Source: a virus (taxonomy: Duplodnaviria; Heunggongvirae; Uroviricota; Caudoviricetes). From it: a stretch of 18,348 nt of DNA. A program made the translations under genes and the position numbers. Below, one piece after another: positions 7,384 to 15,825 of the stretch. The stretch's first letter is position 1. Each line of letters starts with the position of its first letter. Location of the stretch: the IMG/VR virus record IMGVR_UViG_2636415477_000006, positions 1 through 18,348 of that record. One strand, written 5' to 3'. The notes under the pieces were generated by a model. The model worked only from the letters and a program-made list of their open reading frames with translations, searched no databases and was not told the origin of the DNA.

Positions 7384-8460
7384 ATGCGTAATTACGCAAC
7401 AATTTCACCTCAGTTCTGGTTAGGCGAAACAGGGAGAAAACTAAGGAAGTCTGGTCCGGAATGTATGGTAGTGGCGTTGTATATGATGACCTCGCCTCAT
7501 TCCAATATGCTGGGCCTTTATTACCTGCCTGTTTTGTACATTGCTCACGAAACCGGACTTGATCCTGAAGGGGCTTCTAAGGGGCTTCAAATGGCTTGCG
7601 AGGCTGGTTTTTGCAGCTATGACCATGATTCTGAGGTTGTATGGGTGCATGAAATGGCAGCATGGCAGGTTGGTGAATCGCTGAAACCTGGCGATAACCG
7701 TTGTGCTGGGGTAAGAAATGAATATTCCGCGTTGCTGGAAAATCCTTTTTTATCATCCTTTTATGATAGATATAAGGATGATTTCCACCTGGATGTCAGA
7801 CGTGAATCATGTCGGAAAATTGAAGCCCCTTCAGAGCCCCTTTCAAGCCAAGAACAGGAACAAGAACAGGAAAGGGATAAAACCCTTCTGGTCCATGGCG
7901 AAAAAATCGCCACGGACCCGCAGGGGGATTTTTGTCCTGTTCTGACTGAACGTCCAGGACCAGCTGGCACGACACCGGAAGCAGATTCCGGGCGTTGTGT
8001 GCAGCAGGTGCTGATCGTCGAACCGGAGCAACAACGCCAACCGCAGCAGCCTGAAGCCGATTCCGCGATGAGCGGGAAGCCGATTGGGTTAACCCGGGCG
8101 ATGCCGGGACCGTCTGCGGGACGAGTTGATTATCCTGACGTGTTCGAACGGGTCTGGCGTGAATATCCGCATCGGGCAGGGTCAAACCCGAAGAAATCCG
8201 CGTTCAATGCCTGGAGGGCCAGATTACGCGAAGGGGTGTCACCGGATGTCGTGCTGGATGGCGTGAGGCGTTACGCAAGATACCTGGAGGCTACCGGGAA
8301 AGCGGGAACTGAATTTGTTCAGCAGGCATCGACGTTTTTTGGCCCGAACAGGAATTTCGAAAATCCGTGGTCGCTGCCGAAGGCTGGCGCAGTCAGCCTG
8401 CGTTGCGTGAATCACATTTCTGAACCGGACACCGAAATTCCGCCGGGTTTCAGGGGGTAA
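7384..8460 (+). CDS. Putative phage replication initiation protein (O-like/primosomal type), 358 aa, containing a third copy of the upstream repeat
   Basis: Precedes a DnaC-like loader with a 6-nt gap; central acidic SQEQEQEQE linker; position equivalent to lambda O; family assignment by context only. Confidence 0.7.
   Translation: MRNYATISPQFWLGETGRKLRKSGPECMVVALYMMTSPHSNMLGLYYLPVLYIAHETGLDPEGASKGLQMACEAGFCSYDHDSEVVWVHEMAAWQVGESLKPGDNRCAGVRNEYSALLENPFLSSFYDRYKDDFHLDVRRESCRKIEAPSEPLSSQEQEQEQERDKTLLVHGEKIATDPQGDFCPVLTERPGPAGTTPEADSGRCVQQVLIVEPEQQRQPQQPEADSAMSGKPIGLTRAMPGPSAGRVDYPDVFERVWREYPHRAGSNPKKSAFNAWRARLREGVSPDVVLDGVRRYARYLEATGKAGTEFVQQASTFFGPNRNFENPWSLPKAGAVSLRCVNHISEPDTEIPPGFRG
8027..8118. 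repeat. Third copy of the ~60-bp element, inside the replication gene, carrying a 23-bp internal insertion
   Basis: GAGCAACAACGCCAACCGCAGCAGCCTGAAGCCGATT … GGGTTAACCCGGGCGATGCCGGGACCGTCTGCGG matches copies at 7194..7350. Confidence 0.8.
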
Positions 8461-8466
8461 TCAGCC

Positions 8467-9207
8467 ATGAAAAACATTTCGACAGGAGGGATTCTTGAAC
8501 GGGTGCGCCGTCTGGCACCACCGCACGTGGCAGCACCGTTCCGGACGACCGACGAATGGCGGGAATGGCAACTGGCTGAGGGCCGTAAGCGCAGCGAGGA
8601 AATTAACCGCCTGAATCATCAGGCGCGGGTTGAAAAAATCCTGAACCGTTCGGGCATCCAGCCGCTTCACAGGAAGTGCTCATTCGGGAACTACCGGGTG
8701 CAGAACGACGGTCAGCGCCATGCTCTGAGTCAGGCAAAATCCATCGCGGCAGAGCTGCATACCGGCTGCACGAATTTCGTGTTCAGCGGTAAACCTGGCA
8801 CCGGGAAAAATCACCTTGCAGCAGCGATTGGCAACTGGCTAATGGCGAAGGGGAGAAGCGTGATTATCGTCACCGTGTCCGATGTCATGAGTGTGTTGCA
8901 TGACGGCTACGACAACGGCAAGTCCGGGGAAAAATTTTTACAGGAGCTTTGTGGAGTTGACCTTCTGGTCCTTGACGAAATTGGCATCCAGCGTGAGACG
9001 AAAAACGAGCAGGTGGTACTGCACCAGATTGTTGACCGCCGGACGGCATCACTGCGCAGTGTCGGGATGCTGACAAACCTGAATCATGCCGCAATGAGCA
9101 CGCTTCTTGGTGAGAGGATTATGGACCGGATGACCATGAACGGTGGTCGTTGGGTGAATTTTAACTGGGAGAGCTGGCGGTCAAACGTTGGACGTCAGGG
9201 TATGTGA
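8467..9207 (+). CDS. DnaC/IstB-like AAA+ helicase loader (phage replication protein), 246 aa
   Basis: Walker A GKPGTGKNHLA and Walker B LLVLDEIG; follows the initiator gene. Confidence 0.85.
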   Translation: MKNISTGGILERVRRLAPPHVAAPFRTTDEWREWQLAEGRKRSEEINRLNHQARVEKILNRSGIQPLHRKCSFGNYRVQNDGQRHALSQAKSIAAELHTGCTNFVFSGKPGTGKNHLAAAIGNWLMAKGRSVIIVTVSDVMSVLHDGYDNGKSGEKFLQELCGVDLLVLDEIGIQRETKNEQVVLHQIVDRRTASLRSVGMLTNLNHAAMSTLLGERIMDRMTMNGGRWVNFNWESWRSNVGRQGM

Positions 9208-9232
9208 GAATTTTTGACGAGGTAAATTTTCG

Positions 9233-10003
9233 ATGGAAACCGTATTGCATGCACTGAAAGCGATGGGAAAAGCCAATTCTGTTGAACTGGCGGCGCGGCT
9301 TGATATCAGCCGTGAAGAAGTTCTCAACGAACTGTGGGAACTCAAAAAAAATGGCGTTGTTGATAAAACGGGTCACACCTGGTTTCTGGCTGTCGAAGGT
9401 GAATCCCAGGTAACCGAAGAGCGGCCAGTAAAATCTGAAACACAGGATATGCTGACCGAAGAGGTCGCTCCAAAAGTTAGCGCTGACATGATGATTGAGT
9501 TTATCTCTCAGGAGGGGGCTAAAACCTGTGAAGAAATAGCGGGTAAGTTCGGAGTTACCACTCGCAAGGTTGCTTCCACGCTGGCGGTGGTAACCGCAAC
9601 GGGGCGGCTGGCACGCGTTAATCAGAACGGTAAATTTCGTTACTGCATGCCGGGGGGTAATTTACCAGCAGATCCGAAAACCGCGCCGGTAACGGAAAAT
9701 GATGGTAAGGCCTTTCCTCAGCCAGCAGGTGCTGCGTTACCAGTCCGGGAAGCCGCAACACAGGAAGAAATTAAAACAGAAACTGTGGCGGACATTGTGC
9801 AGTCGTTGCCATCGTTTACCGAAACGCAAGCAGATGAGCTGATTTTTCCGTCCCTGCGCAGGGCAAACCTGGCGCTGCGCAGGGCGAAAAGTGATGTTCA
9901 GAAGTGGGAGCGAGTCTGCGCCGCGCTGCGGGAGCTGAATAAACACCGGGATATTTTCAGTTCGATTGCTGATATTCCGGTTCATTCACCGACAACAAAG
10001 TGA
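9233..10003 (+). CDS. Hypothetical 256-aa protein with N-terminal winged-helix-like domains
   Basis: GAGG about 10 nt upstream of the ATG; N-terminal …ANSVELAARLDISREEVLNELWELKKNGVV… and a second …GAKTCEEIAGKFGVTTRKVASTLAV… HTH-like segment. Confidence 0.55.
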   Translation: METVLHALKAMGKANSVELAARLDISREEVLNELWELKKNGVVDKTGHTWFLAVEGESQVTEERPVKSETQDMLTEEVAPKVSADMMIEFISQEGAKTCEEIAGKFGVTTRKVASTLAVVTATGRLARVNQNGKFRYCMPGGNLPADPKTAPVTENDGKAFPQPAGAALPVREAATQEEIKTETVADIVQSLPSFTETQADELIFPSLRRANLALRRAKSDVQKWERVCAALRELNKHRDIFSSIADIPVHSPTTK

Positions 10004-10018
10004 TCTCCGGAGGTGCTT

Positions 10019-10450
10019 ATGACAAGAGCATTTACACCAGAAGAGCGGGAAAAAATTAAGGGGCTGATCGTGGAATTCGTACGCCTTAACGGACGAGGCA
10101 CGATTCGGCAGTTATCGGATGAAATTGGTGTCAGTCATGCGTCTGTCGGTCGTTTATGCATGGAGCTGGCCGCCAGTGGTGATGTTTACAATTCCGGTTA
10201 CGGAGTATTCCCGTCTGAACAGGCTCGTAAGGACTGGCAAAATGCCCGCAAAAAACTCTCAAGGGCAAAGTCGAAGAAACCGGTTGTCGTTGATCCAGAC
10301 CTTATCCGGGCATTACCAGATGGGGAAATACGGCGCTACGACAGACGCTACAACACAATTTGTCGCGAGTGCCGTAACAGCGAAACGATGCAGCGTGTGC
10401 TGGCATTCTGGCGAGGGAGTGCAGAGGGATTGATGTTCTCCCCGTCGTGA
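10019..10450 (+). CDS. Hypothetical HTH protein, about 143 aa
   Basis: GGAGGTG SD upstream of the ATG at 10019; HTH-like …GTIRQLSDEIGVSHASVGRL…; basic C-terminal half. Confidence 0.5.
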   Translation: MTRAFTPEEREKIKGLIVEFVRLNGRGTIRQLSDEIGVSHASVGRLCMELAASGDVYNSGYGVFPSEQARKDWQNARKKLSRAKSKKPVVVDPDLIRALPDGEIRRYDRRYNTICRECRNSETMQRVLAFWRGSAEGLMFSPS

Positions 10451-10482
10451 ATGACGGGGGCTTACGTGTTCAGAAAAGTGAT

Positions 10483-11157
10483 TCATATAGAGGCTGAATC
10501 TGATCTTTTTTGTTCACGTCTGGCTTCCACCATTGCAGGCAGAGTGAAGGCGTAGACTAAAAACATTTCGGTAAAACTCAGGATCTGGCTTGCCTCAATT
10601 GGTGTGAAAACTTCATCTGTATGAACTGCTTTATTGGCATCAATTCGTACAATATGAGCCCATTCCTTCATCTGTTCAGTGATCAGGCCTTTTTTGTAAA
10701 TCATCTGAATACGTTGCGACAGCGATTCTTTTCCTGCTTCATCGCCGAGCAGTTTTTTCGTGGAGATATCGAGGACTCTGCGACAAAGAATAACCACTGT
10801 GTCGTACCGCCTCCTCTGTAAATCCTCTTTTGCCTCAACAAAAGTACGGTCTGCAACCGGGGGCGTATATTCTGGTGCGGTAATTTTTTTGACCACAGGA
10901 TAGATCTTGCGGAAACGGTACTGGCTATTTCCTGAAATCAGAATATCGAGGTCTTTTTTCTGGCTTTCCGCCATGGGACCGTGATAGTGGTCTGATGGGA
11001 TTTCAACAATAGCAACACCTCCTCGATGACAACTTCTGCATACAAAAGCGACGTTAAAAAAAGGTGTTTTTTCAATTTGTTTTTCGGCAAATGCCTCAAT
11101 AACAGCTCGCTCTTTTAAACAGTGCGGGCATGTGATATCAAAGGAGACTAAACCCAT
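10483..11157 (-). CDS. Zinc-ribbon (CPHC…CRSC) protein with C-terminal alpha-helical domain bearing an R-x3-N-x3-H motif (HEPN/DUF4145-like); candidate abortive-infection/defence effector, 224 aa
   Basis: Start at MGLVSFD has GAGGAA SD 5 nt upstream; N-terminal CxxC-x21-CxxC; C-terminal …EWAHIVRIDANKAVHTDE…; start codon overlaps the divergent plus-strand gene within CCATGG. Confidence 0.55.
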   Translation of the reverse strand: MGLVSFDITCPHCLKERAVIEAFAEKQIEKTPFFNVAFVCRSCHRGGVAIVEIPSDHYHGPMAESQKKDLDILISGNSQYRFRKIYPVVKKITAPEYTPPVADRTFVEAKEDLQRRRYDTVVILCRRVLDISTKKLLGDEAGKESLSQRIQMIYKKGLITEQMKEWAHIVRIDANKAVHTDEVFTPIEASQILSFTEMFLVYAFTLPAMVEARREQKRSDSASI

Positions 11158-11401
11158 GGATATTCCTCGCGAAATTAAAGAAATTAACGAAATCATTGAG
11201 GTTACTGATCGCCCCGAGTTTACCCTCATGCGTCGTTATGAAACAGGAACCGACGAACAAAAATACATCATGGTTGCAGCATTGGCTGTGATGGCGATAG
11301 AAAGGGAGCGAAGGGAAAAGGACGTAATGGTTATTCCTGAGAGAAATGATTCACCGGATTTGAGATGGCAGGAGCCGGAGTGGGATGTGGTAATCCGGTG
11401 A
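11156..11401 (+). CDS. Hypothetical acidic 81-aa protein, divergent from and start-overlapping the zinc-ribbon/HEPN-like gene
   Basis: AAGGAGA SD 7 nt upstream of the ATG at 11156; charged helical product. Confidence 0.4.
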   Translation: MDIPREIKEINEIIEVTDRPEFTLMRRYETGTDEQKYIMVAALAVMAIERERREKDVMVIPERNDSPDLRWQEPEWDVVIR

Positions 11402-11455
11402 TTGATATTTCTCTGGGGTAAAGCGCCGCCAGAATGACGGCGCGGTAGTGGAGAG

Positions 11456-11764
11456 TTAAACGAAGCGGATCTGGAGTTTTTTCCCTGTAGCACGGGCGAA
11501 TTTTTTCAGTGTGGCAAATGATGGGCCGCTTGTACCTGATGCAAGATTGCTTTCCATTCTGGTTATCGCAGTCGCTTTTGTTCCCATACGTTCAGCAACT
11601 TCAGCCTGGGTTAAGCCAGCTTCTTTTCGTGCTGCCAGCATTTCATCAAGTAGTGCGAATTCATCGGCGATGGCGTCGTATTCTGCTTTTACTGCGGGGT
11701 TAGACAACATTTTTTCTACCATTTCATCGTGTGTCATGGTAGGTGGGGTACGTTTACCAGTCAT
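11456..11764 (-). CDS. higA: HigA-like antitoxin (XRE-family HTH), 102 aa
   Basis: C-terminal HTH …LTQAEVAERMGTKATAITRME…; start overlaps the end of the upstream toxin gene by 11 nt; toxin-first order typical of hig modules. Confidence 0.7.
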   Translation of the reverse strand: MTGKRTPPTMTHDEMVEKMLSNPAVKAEYDAIADEFALLDEMLAARKEAGLTQAEVAERMGTKATAITRMESNLASGTSGPSFATLKKFARATGKKLQIRFV

Positions 11765-12095
11765 GCTTAACCTCCTTCATTCTGGTTTCAGCTTTTCTAA
11801 GCTCGGCAGGTGGAGTTTTTTGCGTTTTCTTTACAAAGCTATGCAACATAATGATTCGCTTTCCTTTTAGCGTGCAGTAAAAAACACGCCCTATGCCTTC
11901 CGAGCCCTTAAGGCGGATTTCAAACAAACCGTCGCCAAATGCCTCTGTATGCGGGGAACCAAGATTAGCTCCGTAAATACGCATTTTCTCCGTGTACCGA
12001 ATGTACCGGGCTTGTAAGGTCTCAGGAAGAGAAAGGATCTCAGCTTCAACCTCGTCACTGTAGTATTCGATAATGTAGTTTATGAGAGTAAACAT
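11754..12095 (-). CDS. higB: HigB/Gp49-like toxin of the RelE/ParE superfamily, about 113 aa
   Basis: Product …FGDGLFEIRLKGSEGIGRVFYCTLKGKRIIMLHSFVKKTQKTP… fits the Gp49/HigB-type pattern; paired with an HTH antitoxin; start set at MFTLINY, downstream of a TTGTCG-17-TATATA minus-strand promoter. Confidence 0.7.
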   Translation of the reverse strand: MFTLINYIIEYYSDEVEAEILSLPETLQARYIRYTEKMRIYGANLGSPHTEAFGDGLFEIRLKGSEGIGRVFYCTLKGKRIIMLHSFVKKTQKTPPAELRKAETRMKEVKHDW

Positions 12096-12109
12096 AACAA
12101 ATTTGTTAT
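12094..12109. promoter_or_regulatory. Perfect 16-bp palindrome ATAACAAATTTGTTAT overlapping the higB start codon and -10 region; candidate HigA operator
   Basis: Sequence is its own reverse complement; located at the higBA promoter. Confidence 0.45.
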
Positions 12110-12125
12110 ATACATTCAAGGTATG

Positions 12126-12241
12126 TTGACGACAACACATATCCGGGATTATATTCTTCGCACGCCAGCAAAATCTGGCGTCGGGATTAGGAACCCCGGA
12201 TAGAAACCGCGACAGAGACACGCCGCGAGCGTGTTTTTTAT
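12126..12241 (+). ncRNA. Candidate small RNA or terminated leader: promoter TTGACG-17-TTATAT (12126..12154), about 80-nt transcript with hairpin CGCCAGcaaaatCTGGCG and intrinsic terminator (12218..12241)
   Basis: Near-consensus -35/-10 with 17-bp spacer; two hairpins; terminator ACACGC-cgcga-GCGTGT followed by TTTTTTATT; no ORF is involved. Confidence 0.35.
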
Positions 12242-12402
12242 TGTCGTATGCACACGCACATCTGAATTATGGTGGGGCGTATAGGGGAGCTGAAAAGCTC
12301 GCCGGTTGGTTTCCCGGTAGTTCCTAACCCTGTACGTCTCGCCACCCGATGATTAGGAACCTGACGGTGGTGATAGTTTAGAAACCACTCGAGGGCGTCA
12401 TT

Positions 12403-13074
12403 ATGACAACTCAAGTTTCTGTTGAAACACTCTCCACGATTACTTACAAGCAGATCCCCGTTATCACTACCGAACTTTTGGCGCACCTTTACGGCACAGA
12501 AGCTATTCGTATTCGCCAGAATCACCACGAAAACAAAGGTCGTTTCATTGAGGAAAAACACTTCTTCAAACTTGAAGGTGAAACTTTACGTGAGTTCAAG
12601 CACAGAGTAGCTTTTAACTACTCTGTGAAAATTGCCCGTAACGTTCGCTCCCTCATCCTATGGACAGAACGCGGCGCAGCCCGTCATGCAAAAATGCTCG
12701 AAACCGATCGGGCGTGGGAAGTGTTCGAAAAACTGGAAGACTGCTATTTCAGCCAGGGAAAAACAACACAAACCGAACAGCAGTCGCAGATTCAGCCACA
12801 ATTCACAGCCGAGGAAATCATCCTCCTTTGCTACATGCAACTCTGGATGGAAAAAGCCCAGGACCTTAGCAAGCAGCTGTACCCCATAATGAAAGAGCTG
12901 AACTCCTCATACACGAACAAGCTGTATGACATTGCGTTTGAGACTATCTACATGGTGACGAAGAACAGAGACGCGCTACTAAGGGAGGTAACACGTCTCG
13001 ACATGTCAAGTTCCGTTATCCAGCGGGCCATGCCAATGCTGAAAAGCCTGCGGGCAAGACAATTTGAATTCTGA
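12403..13074 (+). CDS. ORF6N/KilA-N-type domain protein (antirepressor-like), 223 aa
   Basis: N-terminal …ITYKQIPVITTELLAHLYGTEAIRIRQNHHENKGRFIEEKHFFKL… fits the ORF6N pattern from memory; GAGGG upstream of the ATG. Confidence 0.65.
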   Translation: MTTQVSVETLSTITYKQIPVITTELLAHLYGTEAIRIRQNHHENKGRFIEEKHFFKLEGETLREFKHRVAFNYSVKIARNVRSLILWTERGAARHAKMLETDRAWEVFEKLEDCYFSQGKTTQTEQQSQIQPQFTAEEIILLCYMQLWMEKAQDLSKQLYPIMKELNSSYTNKLYDIAFETIYMVTKNRDALLREVTRLDMSSSVIQRAMPMLKSLRARQFEF

Positions 13075-13128
13075 AACTAAAGGAGCTTCGGCTCCTTTTT
13101 TGTTGGGAAAATCCAGTGAGAGGGAATA

Positions 13129-13539
13129 ATGAACCAGACTATCTTCCTCCGAAGTAAGCAGCAGCAACAATTCGCCATTAACGCCATCCTTGCAACAACT
13201 CTCGATAAAGACAAACCCGTTACGATCCGTATCACCGATTACAAGCGTAATCTCGCTCAAAATGCAAAATTTCACGCGATGGTCGCTGATATATCCCGCC
13301 AGGTTAAGTGGTGCGGCAGGTGGCTAAAACCAGAACAGTGGAAAGTTTTGTTAATCAGCGGTCATGCCGTGGCGACAAAACAGGAAGCTGATGTTTTGCC
13401 AGGTCTTGAAGGTGAATACGTCAATATCCGCGAAAGCAGTGCGCAAATGAGCGTGAAGCGTATGGCAAGCCTGATTGAGTACACAACATCCTGGGCCGTG
13501 GATCAGGGTGTCAGATTTACCGACAGGAGGTACGAATGA
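13129..13539 (+). CDS. ninB: NinB (Orf-family recombination mediator), 136 aa
   Basis: Resembles lambda NinB from memory (…[33 protein letters not shown]…); nin-region position; overlaps the next gene (ATGA). Confidence 0.8.
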   Translation: MNQTIFLRSKQQQQFAINAILATTLDKDKPVTIRITDYKRNLAQNAKFHAMVADISRQVKWCGRWLKPEQWKVLLISGHAVATKQEADVLPGLEGEYVNIRESSAQMSVKRMASLIEYTTSWAVDQGVRFTDRRYE

Positions 13540-13727
13540 GACGACAGCGACGAAGCATCACCGATATCGTCTGTGAAAACTGCAATTACCTTCCAACCAA
13601 ACGCTCCCGAAATAAACCCAGGCCAGTCCCCAAAGAATCTGATGTTAAAACCTTCAACTATACGGCTCACCTGTGGGATATCCGGTGGCTAAGGCGTCGA
13701 GCAAGATTTAATTGTCACTCCGGATAG
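13536..13727 (+). CDS. ninE: NinE-like protein, 63 aa
   Basis: [27 protein letters not shown]…[22 protein letters not shown] closely resembles lambda NinE from memory. Confidence 0.75.
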   Translation: MRRQRRSITDIVCENCNYLPTKRSRNKPRPVPKESDVKTFNYTAHLWDIRWLRRRARFNCHSG

Positions 13728-13747
13728 CCTACTGCATGAGGAATAAG

Positions 13748-14041
13748 ATGATGACAAACCTACGCAAAGAAGCGCGCGGCAGAGAATGCCAGGTACGGAT
13801 TTATGGCGTATGCAATGGCAACCCTGAAACTACAGTTCTGGCGCATTACCGAATGGCTGGAATTTGCGGAACGGGAACAAAGCCAGATGATCTGTTGGCT
13901 GCATGGGCCTGTAGTGACTGCCATAATGAAATCGATCGCCGTACTCGCATTCTCGACAACAACGACGCCAGACTTTACCACCTGGAAGGCGTGATCAGGA
14001 CGCTGGCGATATTGCTGAAGGAGGGGAAGATTAAGTCATGA
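13748..14041 (+). CDS. DUF1364/YbcO-like phage protein (putative nuclease), about 97 aa
   Basis: GAGGAA SD 4 nt upstream of ATGATG at 13748; Cys-rich …CQVRIYGVCNG…CSDCHNEID…; located just upstream of rusA as in DLP12-type nin regions. Confidence 0.6.
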   Translation: MMTNLRKEARGRECQVRIYGVCNGNPETTVLAHYRMAGICGTGTKPDDLLAAWACSDCHNEIDRRTRILDNNDARLYHLEGVIRTLAILLKEGKIKS

Positions 14042-14400
14042 ATGAATATGAGTTTGTGCTTCCCTGGCCGCCGACGGTGAATACCTACTGGCGAAGACGG
14101 GGAAGCCAGTACTACATCAGCGATAAAGGCCAGAAATACCGAAAAGACGTACAGCAAATCATCCGGCAACTCAGATTAGACATTTTCACTAAATCACGAC
14201 TTCGCATCACAATTATTGCTGAACCACCAGATTCCCGCCGTCGCGACCTCGATAACATCCTGAAAGGTTTACTCGACTCTCTTATCCACGCCGGATTTGC
14301 GGAAGACGACGTGCAATTCGATGACATTCGCGTAATTCGCGGCGTGAAAGTGCTTGGCGGTAGAGTGGGGATAAAAATCACCGAACTGGAGAACATATGA
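14038..14400 (+). CDS. rusA: RusA Holliday-junction resolvase, 120 aa
   Basis: MNEYEFVLPWPPTVNTYWRRRG… with conserved acidic residues (…DLDNILKGLLDSL…DDVQFDDIRV…); overlaps neighbours by 4 nt. Confidence 0.85.
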   Translation: MNEYEFVLPWPPTVNTYWRRRGSQYYISDKGQKYRKDVQQIIRQLRLDIFTKSRLRITIIAEPPDSRRRDLDNILKGLLDSLIHAGFAEDDVQFDDIRVIRGVKVLGGRVGIKITELENI

Positions 14401-14597
14401 ACGCCACAATTCAAACAATACCGGAATTGCTTATCCAGGCACGAGGCAATATGACTGAAGTTTCACGAAAACTGAACTGTAATCGTGCTACGGTCAGAAA
14501 ATATGTCGGTGATAAAGAAGGCAAACGGCACGCCGTCGTCAACGGTGTCCTTATGGTTCACCGTGGATGGGATAAGGGGAAAGCTACTGATGCGTGA
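14397..14597 (+). CDS. ninH: NinH-like protein, 66 aa
   Basis: …[52 protein letters not shown]… resembles lambda NinH from memory. Confidence 0.75.
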   Translation: MNATIQTIPELLIQARGNMTEVSRKLNCNRATVRKYVGDKEGKRHAVVNGVLMVHRGWDKGKATDA

Positions 14598-14970
14598 TAT
14601 TCAGCAGGTGCTTGAACGCTGGGGTGCATGGGTGGCAAATAATCATGAGGATGTGAGCTGGTCGCCCATTGCTGCCGGATTTAAGGGGCTGATCCCCGAA
14701 AAAGTAAAATCACGTCCACAGTGCTGTGATGATGACGCGATGATTATATGCGGGTGTATGGCCCGCCTTAACAGAAACAACAGTGATTTGCATGAGTTGC
14801 TGGTTGATTGCTACGTGCGGGGGATGACGTTTATGTCACTGGCGCGAAAACATGAATGCTCTGATGGGACTATCGGAAAGCGGCTGCAAAAAGCTGAAGG
14901 TGTTATTGAAGGAATGCTGATGATGCTGGATGTTCGGCTGGAGATGGACAGATATGTGCAGCGCCTGTGA
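14590..14970 (+). CDS. Q: Late-gene antiterminator Q (short Q family, phage 82/21-like size), 126 aa
   Basis: Start ATG at 14590 overlaps the ninH stop; Cys-rich …[16 protein letters not shown]…; position after ninH and before a terminator-rich region. The ORF track's longer 14485 start is rejected. Confidence 0.7.
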   Translation: MRDIQQVLERWGAWVANNHEDVSWSPIAAGFKGLIPEKVKSRPQCCDDDAMIICGCMARLNRNNSDLHELLVDCYVRGMTFMSLARKHECSDGTIGKRLQKAEGVIEGMLMMLDVRLEMDRYVQRL

Positions 14971-15104
14971 TAGCAGGCGCTTGTCGTTCACTATGTGAAG
15001 TATGTCAATTTGTGAACGTTATGCTATTTACTTTACAGGACAAGGACGTAAGAGTTATCTACCGTTTAACCGCAGAGATACAACAACAATGAACAGGGGG
15101 CAAA

Positions 15105-15698
15105 ATGGACATTGAAGATTTTCTGGAGGCGGAAGACAATGATCTGTCTCTGTGGAGTGATGATATTTTAAGCATTGACTGGTTCGTTATCCTCAAAGAG
15201 CTTTTGAAATACCAGAACAGGTTAAAGTTAAACTATTCAGAATTACTTCTGCTGGCTAATTTTGTTTCATTTCACCAGGACGTAGATTCGCAAACATTAC
15301 CATCAATATCTCTTTTTGCCACCAGAATGCGTACATCCCGGGACGCCATACAAGGAGTCCTGGTGTGTCTGGAGGAGAAAGATATGTTACAGAAGATAAG
15401 TTACGCGCAAATCGATCATGACGATGATTTGCGAAACATCTATGATATCAAGCCATTAATCCGCCGGTTAATTTGGTTATTGAAAAGTGGTTGTGATAAA
15501 AAGCATACTTGCCCCCTCTGCGGGAAAGTCGCTATATCTAATGAGGAAATTGAGAAAAAATTCGGATTCAGAATTTGTGGGAATAAGAAAAGGCCGCAAA
15601 GCTGGTGTCGTTCATGCAGAAGCCCCAAACAACGCCGACTGAATACATTGTTATGTGGTAAAAAAAGAGCTCGAAAATCCTCGCCCGAGGTGGTGTAA
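15105..15698 (+). CDS. Hypothetical 197-aa moron: N-terminal winged-helix-like region, C-terminal Cys4 zinc ribbon (CPLCG…CRSCR) and basic tail
   Basis: Low-GC ORF immediately downstream of Q; purine-rich stretch before the ATG; followed by strong terminator at 15826..15849. Confidence 0.65.
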   Translation: MDIEDFLEAEDNDLSLWSDDILSIDWFVILKELLKYQNRLKLNYSELLLLANFVSFHQDVDSQTLPSISLFATRMRTSRDAIQGVLVCLEEKDMLQKISYAQIDHDDDLRNIYDIKPLIRRLIWLLKSGCDKKHTCPLCGKVAISNEEIEKKFGFRICGNKKRPQSWCRSCRSPKQRRLNTLLCGKKRARKSSPEVV

Positions 15699-15825
15699 AG
15701 CGTCGTAGAACCCCGGTCCTCTTGTTTGATTCCATACCTGAATAAAGTGGGATGCCAAAAAAGTATTTTACGTACGTAAAAATCTGCATATCATGATAAG
15801 AGTGGTTACATTGCCACGCAGCCGA

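Noticed and set aside
12238-12561. 107-aa minus-strand ORF overlapping the leader and start of the ORF6N gene
   Set aside because: Covers the promoter/leader region and the 5' end of a better-supported plus-strand gene; no SD.
14485-14589. Extended Q start at 14485 as given in the ORF track
   Set aside because: It would overlap ninH by about 110 nt in another frame; the ATG at 14590 overlaps the ninH stop in the usual coupled arrangement and gives a typical Q length.
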